Shown here: one piece after another, positions 1 through 14,039 of the stretch | How the letters are laid out: every line of letters starts with the position of its first letter | Position numbering within the stretch: position 1 is the stretch's first letter | Assembly (NCBI GenBank): GCA_012295275.1 | Contig: CM022670.1 | Location: forward strand, 32,488,001-32,552,000 | Source of the DNA: Chrysomallon squamiferum | Taxonomy: Eukaryota; Animalia; Mollusca | Direction: 5' to 3' | DNA: 64,000 nt | Program-made: the position numbers and the translations under genes | The notes under the pieces: generated by a model | The model's input: only the letters and a program-made list of their open reading frames with translations | What the model was told of the DNA's origin: nothing | Database searches by the model: none

Positions 1-609
1 ATAATAGAAAGTACATTTCTATTTTCTTTGATTTTGTTTCTCTTTCACTTTTTTTTTTTTATTTTCCTTCCATTTTATTTAATACCAATATTTTGTTTTT
101 GTTTAACTTTTTATTTGTTGTTTCTTATTTTTTATTCTACTCAATCATGTAATAAAGCTTTGTCTGTTTTCATCCATTTTTCCTTTGGATTTTTTTAATT
201 CTAATTGTTTTTTTTTTGTTTTTATATAAAATAACATTTCTAACTTTTTTTCTATTTCCTTCATTCATTTTTTTCATTTATAGAATTTCATTTCTTTCAT
301 TTTTTCATTCAATTTAAAAAAAAGAAGGTTTTGACATTTAAACTTTTTTCACTCTTTCATCATTAATTCTTTCATATTTTTTCTTTTTTTTTTTTAGTTC
401 CTATTTTCACCCCTGTTTTTCTCTTTGAATGACAGTTTTACAGCTCTGCTACCAGATCATGTTTCTTGTGTGTCAAAACTTTTGGTAACAGTGTAAAGAC
501 AGGGACTGTCATTAATGAATGACTAACAATTGCCTCTTGAGATCAGAGAGCTGATTACAATGGCAATGATTCAGGTGTTTCCTTTTTCACAACACAAACA
601 AAACCAGTC

Positions 610-1190
610 ATGTACTTGTGTGAATGTTTCTATCTGAGGCAATTTTCTATTGTTTAAAACCAAAATAAGCCACCTACTTGGTGAATATTGGGAATTTACC
701 AGACCATCTACTAGTGTGAATATTTATAAGTAAAGGACTTTGTTGTTTATAAAATAAACCATGTACGAGTGTGAATATTTATAAGTAAAGGACTTTGTTG
801 TTTATAACATGCACTAGAGTGAATATTTATAACTAAGGAAATGTATTGTTTAAAACATTAAACAACTAGTGTGAATATTTATAAGTAAAGGACTTTGTTG
901 TTTATAACATGCACTAGAGTGAATATTTATAACTAAGGAAATGTATTGTTTAAAACATTAAACAACTAGTGTGAATATTTACAAGTAAAGGAATTTTTCT
1001 GTTTTTTAAAACATTGTTTAAAACATTAAACAATCTACTTGTGTGAATATTTTTATAAAGGACTTTTTGTTTATAAAAAGATGAAACAAACTCCAAAATT
1101 GTTTAAAAATTCTAGGAATATTTCTGCAAGGGAATTTGTTTAAAACAAAATTGTCAGTTTGTTTAAAACATAAAGGAAACCAGTCACCTA
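610..1190. repeat. ~50-bp minisatellite (core GTGTGAATATTTATAAGTAAAGGACTTTGTTGTTTATAA) with a 100-bp higher-order dimer
   Basis: 771-870 is repeated exactly at 871-970. Each 100-mer consists of two diverged ~50-bp monomers, and degenerate monomers flank both sides. Confidence 0.9.
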
Positions 1191-1367
1191 CTTTAAGTAA
1201 AGAGATCTTTCTCTGACGGAGTGAATAATAAGGAATATTTCCAATAGAAAATGTTTTTTTCTGTTTAGAACATAGTTAAATGATATGCCTGTTACAGTAA
1301 ATAATAGTTTATATTTCTCACTGGAAAATTATCTTCTAGTTAGTGAACAAGGAATTGTTTATAACAC

Positions 1368-1369
<2 letters not shown>

Positions 1370-1404
<35 letters not shown>
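1370..1404. repeat. (CA)n microsatellite
   Basis: Direct reading. Confidence 0.95.
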
Positions 1405-1407
<3 letters not shown>

Positions 1408-2369
1408 ATTTTATGTATGCCTTTCCTTAAAAAGGAAAATACATATCATTAACACTGAATCATGGAACAAGGGTTGAATGGGAAATAGAAAAAAGATTCA
1501 TCAAAAATATATTTGTTTTTTATTACCTGTTTTTATTTTTTATTTTTATGAATGAATATTGATCATAAGTATATTTCCTAAACAAAGTTTATGTATTTGT
1601 AAAATACTTTTAACATTAGATTTCTGACAGTTATAGAAAACAAGAGCATAAAGTCTTATAAGCCCTTTACTTTCCTTTTTCTTCAAATTAATTGTCGAGC
1701 AGTCTCAACAGTCTCAGTATTTAGTATTAGGAATAATTTTTATTTTTATTTGATACTGCAATTTAATACCTTATTTCAGTTTGGTTTGAATGTGCAAAAT
1801 CCATACTTAAAACAAATATAATAATTTCTATCATTTATTTTTTCATGTCTCTCCCTATTTTTTTTTTCTCAGTCTTTGCCACTGTCTATTTCCCTCTCTC
1901 TCTTCTCTCTAATTATCTATTATCTTTAGTATTTGTTCTTCTGTTTTTGTAAATAATCATAATAAGTAAGATTTTAATCTGTTTTCAAAATAAATTATAC
2001 CTAATTTTAGCTTTATTTATCTTTCATCATCTCACAGACAAGACCTATTAACCATCCATGTACTACTTGTATGCATGATGAGACACATTAAGTTAACCAC
2101 AATAAATTATTATTGATCATAATTTCACAAAATAAATTGTATCCTGTCATCAGATAATTTATAATTGATTAAAATAAATAAACTCTATATATTCATAGGC
2201 ATATCAAAACTATTCTTTTTATTACTTGTGTACAGTGAAGTAAATGAATGCAAAATTATTGATCATGATTTCATGGCTATAATCCTTCCATCCACCAGAT
2301 AATTTAGAATTAATTACATTAAATAACAAATGTGTCATGCATGATGCAGTAAACTTAGAATGATTGATC

Positions 2370-2850
2370 TTGACACATACATACATACTCACACATGCAT
2401 ACATAACTGTATAAAGAAAGAGATACATTCAGATATAAACTCTTCCAAACACATTCACATAATTATATACAATACATAAACATTCATACATACATACAAA
2501 CATACATACAAACATACATATATACAGAATACAAATAAAGACATATTAACAGACATACATGCACACAGATATAGAAACATACATGCATATACACATTCTT
2601 ACAAACATACATACATATGGATGTACATACAAATATACATACACACAGAATATAAACACACACACACATATATACAAATAAATATACATGCACGTACATA
2701 TATAAATACATACTTACAAACAAAGGCATACACATTCAGTGAGGCATGTATATTGCAAATACATTCACATAATTATATACACTAATAAGTATACAAACAT
2801 TCATATATACACATACAAACACACACATAAGTGCACTCACAAATATATAC
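2370..2850. repeat. CA/TA-rich low-complexity tract
   Basis: Degenerate (TACA)/(CA) repeats; ACATTCACATAATTATATAC occurs at 2451 and 2761. Explains the MYVC/HTY-type ORFs. Confidence 0.85.
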
Positions 2851-3872
2851 AGACACTCATGGACACATTAAAATCATTTCTTTTTATTTCACGTAAACCA
2901 TATTATGTACTTCACTGGAAAAATATACTCACAGTTATTGATCCAAATTTGAAAACATGACCTGCAGATAAGTATAATTAATATATATTTAGTACAACAA
3001 AGAGAACTGAAAGAGGATCAGATTATTAAAATATTAAAACCATGTCTTAATAAAGCCAGAAATAGATGATATAAACATAAATATATTGATAGGTGACATC
3101 AAAACTAGAAACAACTATTTTCAATACATACTGACATTACAGTGTATAAATGTAGATATTTACAAATACAAAAGAAGTTATTATTATTTTTAAAAGGTGT
3201 AACTTTATTTTTTTTCATTATTGTTATTATATTTATGTTAAATGTTTGTGTGTTTGTACTTATACATACATAATGTGTGTGTGTGTGTGTGTGTGTGTTC
3301 ATCCATAGTTTCAAATGAATGTAGGTGTGTTTTTATGCTCATACATTGTTTCTTATACACAAACAGACACACGAATTAAACTATATATATGATCACAAAA
3401 ACATGTATGTACATGAGTGAATGTATGTTCCTTTGAGTGTATATTGATATAAACATGATTGTATTGATTATGTATATATATCCTTGTTTGTGTATACTTA
3501 TTTTCATATGTGTGTGCACTCTACACACACTAACACACATACACACACAGTTGTACTAAGGTTATTATTTCTTGTTTATTCTTTATTTTTTTTATCTTTG
3601 TATTAAAAGTAAAATCTCTCAGTTTAGAATAAATTATACCAATGAAGCTGATGTTTTCACCTGATCCTTTTTATTCTTAAGAGAAACTATTACTAACAAA
3701 GTGTACTATTCATCATAGACAGCACATAATCTCAGGTGGTCAGAACAGCTACAAGTAATTGGATAATGGATACAAAGAAATTAATCTCTTTATTATGACG
3801 TGAAATGGGAGTAATTAAAAATTGCTCAGGTGGATAAACACAGGTGTACATATTACAATTAGAGTTGATTTG

Positions 3873-3875
<3 letters not shown>

Positions 3876-3917
<42 letters not shown>
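3876..3917. repeat. (TA)n microsatellite
   Basis: Direct reading. Confidence 0.95.
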
Positions 3918-3920
<3 letters not shown>

Positions 3921-5279
3921 CTAATGTTTCTTTTTTTACCAGTGATATAAATTAAAATGTATATGTGTATATATATGGGTATATATATTAATTCTCAACT
4001 TGTGAAATATCACATACTCCATATTATATCTGTAACATTTCAAAGACAGTGCCAAAGAAACTTTTTTAAAGAGACACGTATCTAAATAAATCTCCTGACA
4101 ACATTTAAACATGCATATTTATTTTATGATATATGTCTTATATAAAAAAAAAATTGTAGTTCTCATTTTATACTCAAATTTCTATTAAATTTATTAAACA
4201 CCTTTCCACTATAAAAAGTTTATTTTAAGTCAAACACACCCAAATAAACACATGTACAAAATGATCACACACACACTCAAAAATATTTTGAATATAACAC
4301 ACAACTATATTTTTATTTATAGTTTTAATCTTGTAGAAATCATAATTTTCTCTAAGTACTTAAATTATCTGTCAAAATGAACAGAATGGAATAAAAAGAG
4401 GCAATAATTTTAATAAACTCTTCATTTTACAAACACCCATCTATTAAATACATAAAGTTATTGAACATACCTGCTTGTTTACTCTGTACCATATGTCTCT
4501 CTATTTACTAAACCAATAATCTATTTTAAGTACATTCAAAAAGCAACAAAAAACCCACAAAACATCCAGCTGTTAAAATCTAAAATGAATACAAACATTT
4601 TTAATTTTATTTTAAATATCAAATCAGCTGTTTGGGATCTTCTTTCAAAAAATATTTTATCATGATTCTAATGTTTGATATAAAACAGCTTTAAATGCAC
4701 TGTTTTCCAAGATAAGTAAAAAATGCATGCATTCTGTGTCCTATCTTTCAAGAGGTCCATGCCATGTTAGCATTCACTGCAGTAGTTATCTCCAGTGATA
4801 GAATTTCTTTTTAAAGACTGATAATGAAAAGTGGCAGGTATCTTGTTATCATTGATAATGGCAGGTATTTTACACCTTGCACCATCCAAATGATGGTTAC
4901 TCTCTTCACCATCAGCAAACTGTGTATAGCTTTAGGTTTTTTTTTTTTTTTTTTTTTTTTTTCTCAAAGCTAACATGGAAGATTTAAATGGAAAAACAAC
5001 ACGGTCTGGTTTGATATGTTCAAGATAAAACACAGTTTTCAAAAATCTACTCAGATATCAGATTTAACATATTTCTGAACACAAAAATAAAAATACTTCA
5101 CCTTTTGACTCTATCTTTTAATCTTTTTTCTTTATTAATTGTTTCTGGACACATTTATTTATTAATAGATACCAAAAAAATGTGTTTCCACAAAGAAATG
5201 AATAGATAAAAATTTAAAGACTCCTTGTTATGTTTTAATGTTAACAGTTATCAAGTTGTCAACATTCTTAATAATGATG

Positions 5280-5450
5280 ATTCCAGAGAGGAAACCTGCA
5301 GCTACCTCACCATGGGTTACTCTTTTAATTAGCAAAATATCTAAAACATCTTCCCATAGATAATAAAACACATAGCATTATTCTTGATGAGGGTACTGGT
5401 CAGAATTTGAAAATAGTCTGTGTGTTCCATGTTGAGGACTGATCATGTAG
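5280..5450 (-). mobile_element. Degenerate tRNA-derived SINE fragment
   Basis: GAGAGGAAACC...CATGGGTTACTCTTTTAATTAGCA...TTCCCATAGA motifs, colinear with the copies near 7.6, 23.0 and 41.7 kb. Confidence 0.5.
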
Positions 5451-7239
5451 ACTTATCAAGGCTTTATGTAATAACAGTCTAAATAAGATGATGGGGGAAA
5501 AACTTATTTTTCAAATTTCATTTAATTCTTTTTTTAATACTCTTATTGCTAAATCACATTTGAAAACCATCAAGGTTTTTTTAAATCTAGCCAGTGCCTT
5601 CAACTGGATTATCAAAGATTATAGTATTTGCTTTCCTGATTTAGGGAAGATGGTTATTAAAAAATCTTAACTGATAAAAAAGCAAAAACAAATTACTCTT
5701 GGAAACATAGCAATAGGTATTCTTTTTTCTTTCATCATTATAAATAAACATGCATTAATTTTTATCTTTAATCTTCTTCAATGAAGACAGTTTCTATTTA
5801 ATTTTAAAGCATATGTTCTCTTTATTTCTTAATCACTGTGGAAAAAACAGATGAAAAAAAAAAAAAAAAAAGATGAATATAAAAAAAAACCAATTATTTC
5901 CATATGTTTGTATCCTTGATGCTAATTAAAATGATTTCTCACTCAGTGTATCTCAGCTGTTTAAACTTATTTATTTTCTGTTAATTTAAAAATCACTTTC
6001 TAACTGGATTATTTTCTACTGGAAATTTTAATGTCTGTTTCACATAAAAGTTTAATGCTGCATTATCAAAGAAAAGTATTTATTTATGTATTTATTTTGC
6101 CCTATTTATAAACATTTTTTATTTGTATATTTTACATCTTTCTAATTCTTAATGTATCAGTTATTTTTATTTTTTGATGACTATTAAAGAAATTTATAAA
6201 TTAATACATGATATTTTATATTATACATCATTACAGATAGTTTTCTATAGTTTTTTTTATTGTTAATTTATCATTTGCCACTTACTATTAATACAATCTT
6301 TCTTTTAATTGCTATTATTACTATTTATTCTATTCCCCTTTTTTTAGTATTGTTACTATTACTACTGCAACTATAACAAGGGAGAATACTCTTTCAGACT
6401 TAATCATTGGTCACTCCATAACCACAGTTCATGCTTTAGAGCAAAGAGATTCGTGGAATAAATTAAAAATTAAAAGATAAACTATCTTTAAACTGCTCTG
6501 AAAAGTAATAATAATAATAATATTCTGTAATCATGGCAATTAAATATTTTATTTTTTCTGAATGTCTAATACTTGTTTTATAACAGAAAAAATTTTTTTT
6601 TTTTTAAAAAAGAACATAAACATGATGGCTCCAGCTTGATTCTTTAAAACAAATAAAAATTAAAAATTACAAAATAAATTAAGAGTTGTATCCCTTGATA
6701 TGTCAAGCATTTGTCTTCACAAAATTAGTAATTGAATTATTTTTTTATTTCTTAGGAACTTTCTGGTTGAAAACTTAATTACATTGCAGTCAGTGATGTA
6801 ATGAATTTAATGTAAAGAAATTCTGTGTTGTCTGCTTCAGTTTATCTGGAACATTTTGTTAGAAAAATGTAAAAGAGAAAAAATGATCAGAAAAGAATAC
6901 AAAGACAGTAAGATAAATGTTATTTTACACAGTTAAATAAAACACAAAATGAATAAATAATAAATAAATAAATTCTAATATATATTGTGGTTTTTTAACA
7001 TTAGAATGTTATTTACTACAGCAGAATCATACAATAGCATATTATTTATAAGTGAATGAAATTTTAAAAATGTTTATTTATACTAATAGAACACATTTTT
7101 ATATTAATACTTAGTGCGTATTACTAACTCATTTGCTTGTTTTCTAAAAAGGAAACCCACTACATTGTAGGCTACTTAAAATGACAAACCATACAGTCTT
7201 TGAGACCAGCACTGGAAATTGTGTGCTGTTTATCTTTAT

Positions 7240-7560
7240 TCATTTGTCTTTGTTATATAATACTATTTGTTTCAGTTATAAAGAAGTAACTAACTTGCTC
7301 AAGCATTATAATAGAGAAAAAGAAAACATGAATTTGTTTAGCATAAGTTTAACATATTTTAATATTTCATTAGCCTTTTATTCAGAACTATACTATTTGT
7401 TTCAGTTTAGGAGAAATAAATAAATTACTTAAACATTATAATAGAGAAACAAAAAATGTTTAGCAATACTTTAAACAGATTTTAATGTTTTATTTATCTT
7501 CTTTCACAATACTATTTGTTTCAATTACAGAAACAAATCTAACAAGCAATGTAACACTAA
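7240..7560. repeat. Degenerate ~130-bp tandem repeat, ~3 copies
   Basis: TACTATTTGTTTCA recurs at 7261, 7391 and 7510 with similar downstream sequence (CATTATAATAGAGAAA...TGTTTAGCA). Confidence 0.75.
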
Positions 7561-7569
7561 AAACTAAAT

Positions 7570-7870
7570 TAAACACTTATTAAGCATAACTTCAACACAT
7601 TTTCATATTAGATTGTATTTAATATGGTAAATAACTATTAGGTATTAAACATGTTACTAGTAATGGATTAAAACCAGTATTAGAAAAGAAACTATTTTAT
7701 TGCAGTCATCAGGCTACTTTATTAGTTAGATGTCTTTTATTTCTTATGATCAGGAACACTTACCATGGTTTTGGGTAAATTAATAAATGGGCTTTGGCTG
7801 GAATGTCATTTATTCCAAAAAAAGAACCAAGAGGGACTGATCTTGCAAACTGTCAGGCCTCAGACTCTAA
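7570..7870 (-). mobile_element. Degenerate tRNA-derived SINE copy
   Basis: Ordered motifs TCAACACATTTT, AGGCTACT, ACCATGG, TGGCTGGAATG and GGGACTGATC are shared with other copies in the window. Confidence 0.55.
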
Positions 7871-8853
7871 TCTTTTTGTTATATATAACAAACTCCCAAT
7901 ATTAAATATTTTATTTATTTCTTTTAAAATTTATCCTGCTGATAATATTTACATGGAGATTAAATTATTATCTCAATATATTTTCTTTGAAATCAGTTTT
8001 CTTTTCAAATTACTGCATCTGTTAGTGGTGTTAAAGTTTTTCACAAGTGTTAAGTTTATGAAATTAAGATTTAATTATGAGATTATGATAACAGGATTTA
8101 AATTGTTCAGTTCTGTAACGAGCCACTTGTGTGAAGTTTTCTGTACTAGCTATGCACTCAAAGACATCATTTTGATTCATCCATCCACTTTCAGAACATT
8201 AAAGTAAACATATTGACACGTGCACACTAACACAAACAAATGAGTGCTTTACTAATTGATTGGTAGTTTAATGAGTGTATGTCTATCCTCCAAAGTCCAA
8301 GCATGCTTGACCTGGGTTTAATCAATCCCTGTCATTGCATAACAGACACTTCATATTACTTCAGTACATCTTTTATGTTTACATCCTGAAAAATTAAAGT
8401 GTGTTGTTCTGAGCATATATCATTGGAATTCTGGAAAAAGTCTTTAAAAATGTCTAAGCTAATATACTTCCTTGTCATTACATCATGGATCTATGAAATT
8501 CTAACTAATTGCTTTTTAATATAGCCTAAGCTTATATATATCTCCTTGTTACTATTTTCTTATTTTTAAAATATATTTCCAGGAAGATAAAAGCATGTTG
8601 TTTTGAATATTTAATTCTCTTTAATATTGTCTATGTTTGTACATTCCTGAACATTTTTTTTTTTAAATCCATGTACACAAGTTTTATATTTTCCAATAAA
8701 CATTTATAAAGGTTTGTGCCAAGCTTTCATACTAATGATTGTAGAGTTTGGTCTGTATAGAATTCCAGTCCAGCTGATAAACTGTATGTGACTGCACATC
8801 AAATGAGGTAGCTAAAAAATGTCATACAGACACAATTTTGCAATTTTTATAAA

Positions 8854-8858
<5 letters not shown>

Positions 8859-8914
<56 letters not shown>
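8859..8914. repeat. (AAT)n microsatellite
   Basis: Direct reading. Confidence 0.95.
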
Positions 8915-8918
<4 letters not shown>

Positions 8919-9465
8919 CTTTATTTAACAATTCCAAATGAAAAATATCATGAATTTATAATGCAAAAGATTCTTTTTAAAATAATTTTTTTAACATCAG
9001 GTTCATGAAAATTCATTTTTTCTTGTTTTTTTATCAAAGGCTTAATGAGACTTTGTGAATAAGTTGCCAACTTGTAATTTATCTTAATTCAAATAATCCA
9101 TTGAGTTTATCCAGATCTTGCAGTTTGGCAGTGCACATGAATCTTAACAAGAGAGTACTATGTATAATAATAATCTGGAGGCACCACCCACCCAACAAAA
9201 AAAAAACTGCACTACAAAACAAAAAACCACCTATCTTATATTTAATGGAAAATTTTATGGGAAAGAAAGAGATAAATTTTAAAATACATTTTGTAATCTT
9301 TTTACTCTTAAAATTAATTAACTGCTGAGAAAGAAGAAACATTTAAAAACATTAATATTTAAAATATCTAAGCCTCAGTTTGTTTGCCTGTACCTTACAT
9401 CTTGATATTTTTCTCACATTTTTATTTTTTAGTTATTTACTTTAAAAAAAAATTAAAAAATAAAA

Positions 9466-9502
<37 letters not shown>

Positions 9503-9858
9503 GATGGGAATTAAAAAAAAAAGTCTAATAAAAATATATTGAATATCACTTAGTTGATGTTCTCACTTGAATTTACTTTTAAATATATCTAAATTTTATT
9601 ATTGTATGTAGTGCTTTGTTTTTTTCAAACTTTCAGTTTATGCTTTGTTTGTTTTTTACATTTGCTTCTTTCTTCTTCCAAGAATCCATTTACAATGCTA
9701 AAATATTCTTAGAAATAACAAAAAGAAAGAAAACAACAATTATCAAAATCATGTATCTAGACATGGAAGATGTATTATGTACTTTGGAGCAGTTCTTTAT
9801 ACAATTAAGTAAAAACAGAAGGTGCTTGGTTCAAGTTTCTATGGGAACATTGTTAAAA

Positions 9859-9866
9859 TGACGTCA
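9859..9866. promoter_or_regulatory. Perfect palindromic cAMP response element (TGACGTCA)
   Basis: Exact CREB/ATF consensus retaining a CpG in a CpG-depleted background, ~120 bp upstream of a candidate exon. Function is inferred. Confidence 0.45.
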
Positions 9867-9984
9867 AACATTAATTCTCTATAGATGATGATTATCATGT
9901 GCAATGAAGTTTGATACAATTATTGCCAACACGATATTGATATTCTCAACTACAGTGGTATGAGTGTAATGAGATAATTTCCCC

Positions 9985-10140
9985 ATGGATGTTACCCAAT
10001 CCACTTCACTAACGTCTTTGATAATCCAAGGGAAATTGGAAATGCTCTGTGTAGGATTGCCCACTGAGAGATCCTGTCAATCCTGGTCCACTGAGGATAC
10101 CTCCATAGCTTTGATTATTAAGTGGCATTTACCCATGGAG
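9985..10140 (+). CDS. Candidate first coding exon, MDVTQSTSLTSLIIQGKLEMLCVGLPTERSCQSWSTEDTSIALIIKWHLPME, phase-0 donor
   Basis: In-frame TGA at 9970, ATG in CCCATGG context, 52 open codons, then GAG|GTAAAT. Locally GC-richer with a CRE upstream. No recognisable homology, and the phase does not match the phase-2 exons. Confidence 0.25.
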
Positions 10141-10319
10141 GTAAATATAGGTTAAAATTTATTTACATTCCTTGAACAACTGAAGAGCTCATCTGCTTGT
10201 TAGCAAAATAAATTTTAAAAAAAATAGTGAAATTTTTTTATGGTATATTTGATCAGAAAATGGATTTTTATGCTGCTTATCTTTTTGCAAGAAGCATGCA
10301 GCCAAAGTTGTTTGGCTAA

Positions 10320-10460
10320 TTGCTCATAGGATCAGATCATTTCAGGGAACCCATTGGCATATTTCCCAATCAAACTAAGTAGTGATTTATTAAAGGCTAA
10401 TGTTCTTGCTAGTATATGAGTAGGTGATTATAACAGATTCTTACTGCTAATTGGGAAATG
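10320..10460 (+). mobile_element. Degenerate tRNA-derived SINE fragment, opposite orientation to the other copies
   Basis: GGATCAGATC (B-box-like)...CCCATTGGCATATTTCCCAATC...AAAGGC...TAACAGATTCTTACTGCTAATTG; the reverse complement of the GGAATGGGAAATA and ATTAGCAGCAA motifs of the other copies. Confidence 0.5.
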
Positions 10461-13002
10461 GATCTTACTTGAATAAAAATGGAATGTCAGTAACAGAAAT
10501 ATGAACATATTAAGTTCATTCTGCTTAACATGTCCTTCTATTGGTGATCCTTCATTTTTATTCAAATTGGAGAATTTTAAAAAGTTAACAGTAACATAAG
10601 TTCAGACATACTCTCTAGGATGAAAAGTTTTATAAACAAAGTCTCCATGGAAGAAAGCTCTTCATAATAAATGAATTTGTTAGTCTGTTTCTTGCACAAT
10701 CTAATCCTATATGGACCTTAAAATTTAATAGTGAAAAGTATTGTTAGGCATGCACACCCAAATGGAAACTGACTGAGAGAGAAATGTTTTCTACGAGATG
10801 CATGCTATGAATTAAATAACAAGTAATTAAAAAACATGGCATGTGGTCAGGGTTTAAAGCCAACATGTTTAAACTTTAAAGCATTCATCATGTGTGACCA
10901 AAACCAGTAACTGTTTCTTATGAATGTGTTTGAGTGGGTGTTGGTATGTGGATAATGTGCACATGTGGCATGCATGCATGCATGTATATTTTATTTTATA
11001 CCAGGCTGTGTTGGTTATTTGTATAATGATGTTATGAGAGAGAAAATATCATCTCAACTCAAAGTGTTATCTTTATCAATTCAGCAGTAAGCGATATTTA
11101 AAATGCACCTTCCCATGGATTACTGACTGAAGTGTTAAATAAGCCAATGGCCACACAAAGGAAAATTGATTTCCTTTTTTTTTTTTGTAATGGTTTTTGA
11201 TCTAAAAAGGATTTTATCTGTATTTCATCAAAGAAGTGATTGTTTTCTGGTTTCACTTACACTTGATTGTGATGCATTGATAAACTGATTGTCGTTGCCT
11301 GATGTGTTTTCATTGTAACATAAAACACTAATCTTATTTCTCTTTTTTCTTTTGCTGTAATAGTGATTTTTTTTTTCTGTTCTGGGTTTTGTAAAAGCTC
11401 CAAGGACAAACATAGACATGAAGTACCACACAATAAGAACAGCATTTTATGGCTATGCCAGAGATTTATACATTCTAACTGTAAAGAAAGAGTTAATGGA
11501 CTTTGTAACATATCTGCCTAGAATTACAGTTGAAAAGAGAACACAATTTAGTGTTCATTTGAGTCAATATAACCATAGTGTGTGGTTATATACAATAATA
11601 ATAGCCTGTCGATACAGAGCAAAGGCTTTTAATCACAGAGTCCTACAAATAGCCTTTTATGTTTGTACTTATAATTTTCTGTGGAGAAATATTGGGATTT
11701 AGGAATGATCTTTGTAACAATCAGATCACAAATATTTGATGGTCTTATTTAATCCCTGTTTTGTTGACAGTCTTTGGAGGTTTCCTTCCATCTTTCCTTT
11801 ACTAAGCTAGATCCAGAAATTCCCATGGGCAGTCACGGCACTTTAAGTAATCAGGGTGTCCTTCAGATAGCAAATATTTAGCGGTCCCAAATGGTTTGAT
11901 GTGGAACCTGGTTTTTGTCAGAGTGTCACAGTTAACTAGAAATCAATGCAATCTGAGGCTGATCAAGGTTTGTGTGGTCTGTGATCATACCAATTAGACT
12001 CATCTTTTGTTAAGTGCAGTGCTGCTGGATGCTCCAATCAACAGGCATCAAGTTACTGTGTTTGTCTTCTAAACAGAATAAATATTGATGCTTAGTTGTG
12101 TAGGAAACCACATCAGTTCCTGAATATATAAACTTGGACATAGTCCACAAAATGAAGCAAGCAAGAGACTGAAGTTGTTTATTTGTCAAAATCATGCTGC
12201 CTCCATTCAACAGAGTCTGTAAGAGTTGAAAAGTTAAGGAACTTAATAATTTTCATCAACAGTTTCTTGGTCTTGATTACTTTTTTTATTGAAAATCTAA
12301 ATTTTTTTTATTTCTTTCAGTTATTTTATTTTCAAGCCAGTCCTCTATATAGTAAATACTTTGATATGTCCATACATATATGTAACCCTGCATTATAAAT
12401 CAGGCATTGGACTGCAGTATCACCTTTCAAGTCAGTACTAACTAATTTTATGCCATAATATTTGTTATTTTTAGATCTTTACAAAAAATGACACATTAAT
12501 ATTTTATCTACATATTCCATTTAAAAAATCACAAATTTGAAATCCCGAAGTTGCTTCTGAAGGACTTTTCTGAAGCCACAGGTGAAGAAGTTAGTCAAGT
12601 TTGATCTAAAAATTTTATGATCACTGATATTCATTTAGGCATACCTTTACAACTATACAAACCTAATGACATAAATAAAGAAAATGAATATTTGCATTGT
12701 ATGCAGTCTGCAACACCATAAATATGACTTTTTTCAGTGACTGGGAATGCAGGGTTACTTGTATGAAAGAATCCATTGACTCTAAACATTTAAAAAAAAA
12801 AAAAAAAAACCAAAAAAAACTTAGAATTTTCACAATCTAAAATTAAGATGTAGAAGTATTATTGTATTTGATAGCCATGAACCAGCAGTAAAACTAAAGT
12901 TAACAATTTTATTGTGTTCATTTTTAATCTTTTATGGTCTGACAAGTTTCACATTATGCTGCATTGTTTATGTTTCAGTTTTATATATCTATTATCTACT
13001 GT

Positions 13003-13041
<39 letters not shown>

Positions 13042-13636
13042 TGTATTTATTTTTGTTGTTTTTAATTATTCCTAAATAATGTTAAGATCTCTTCATTTTC
13101 ATATTTCATGTTTGAATTTTAGCTCTGTACATAACATTTAAAAATATTTAGAATAGAAATATGCTCCTCAAGACAATCTTATTATTAAACTTTTTGTGTA
13201 CTTACTGCTTCAACATTCAATTATCTCGTAAAGTTATTTTAGAGGTTAAATTTTAGTTGGTCTTCAGATTACAGATACACTATAATCCAATAAATGATTA
13301 CAAAAAAAAAAAAAAATTCACATTAACTCATAAAAACAACCTGTGAAGAAAAATACAACTGTCAGATGAGGTATTATTGAATTATTAAGATTTATATTTT
13401 AACAATAGCATACTGGTGTGAAGTAATTGCTCTACATTTATAATGAAAATTTTTCAATGATCAATAAATCAAAATGTGAGACAATTTGTATTCTGTGCAA
13501 GATTCGTATACACTAGTAAGTGATCTATCACTCAAGGGGATGCCTCAGACAACTTGTGTCAGAAATATAATCACAATTTTGGTTCACATTCATTCTGTGT
13601 GGATTCCTCCCAGGTGACTGATGATGGTCAAATCTA

Positions 13637-13673
<37 letters not shown>

Positions 13674-14008
13674 ACAACAAAAAAAAAATAACCATTATTC
13701 ATAATGTCCAGAAAGATAATAAATAAGTAATGTGTATAATTTAAAAATTATTTTTATATCCTCACACTTTTTTTTAAAGAATTGTATTCAAAATCTGCAT
13801 TCATTTTAGGTTATGAAAAGGGATTTTTTGTTTAATTAGTATTTCAGTGATTTAAATTTAAGATAAAACTTTGCCCTTATTTGTGAAATACATAAAACTA
13901 TACAAAATATAGTGTACTATTAAGCATTTCACAAAAACAACAATAATAAAAAAAATTCCTTGGGTTATTGCTGATATATTCTAAAACAAAAAAAACAAAA
14001 ATAAATAT

Positions 14009-14039
<31 letters not shown>

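Noticed and set aside
11895-11939. Frame reading FDVEPG, similar to the PDE4 common FDV(D/E)NG exon start
   Set aside because: There is no acceptor before it, it stops after FCQSVTVN, it has no RRESF motif, and it lies upstream of the first exons.
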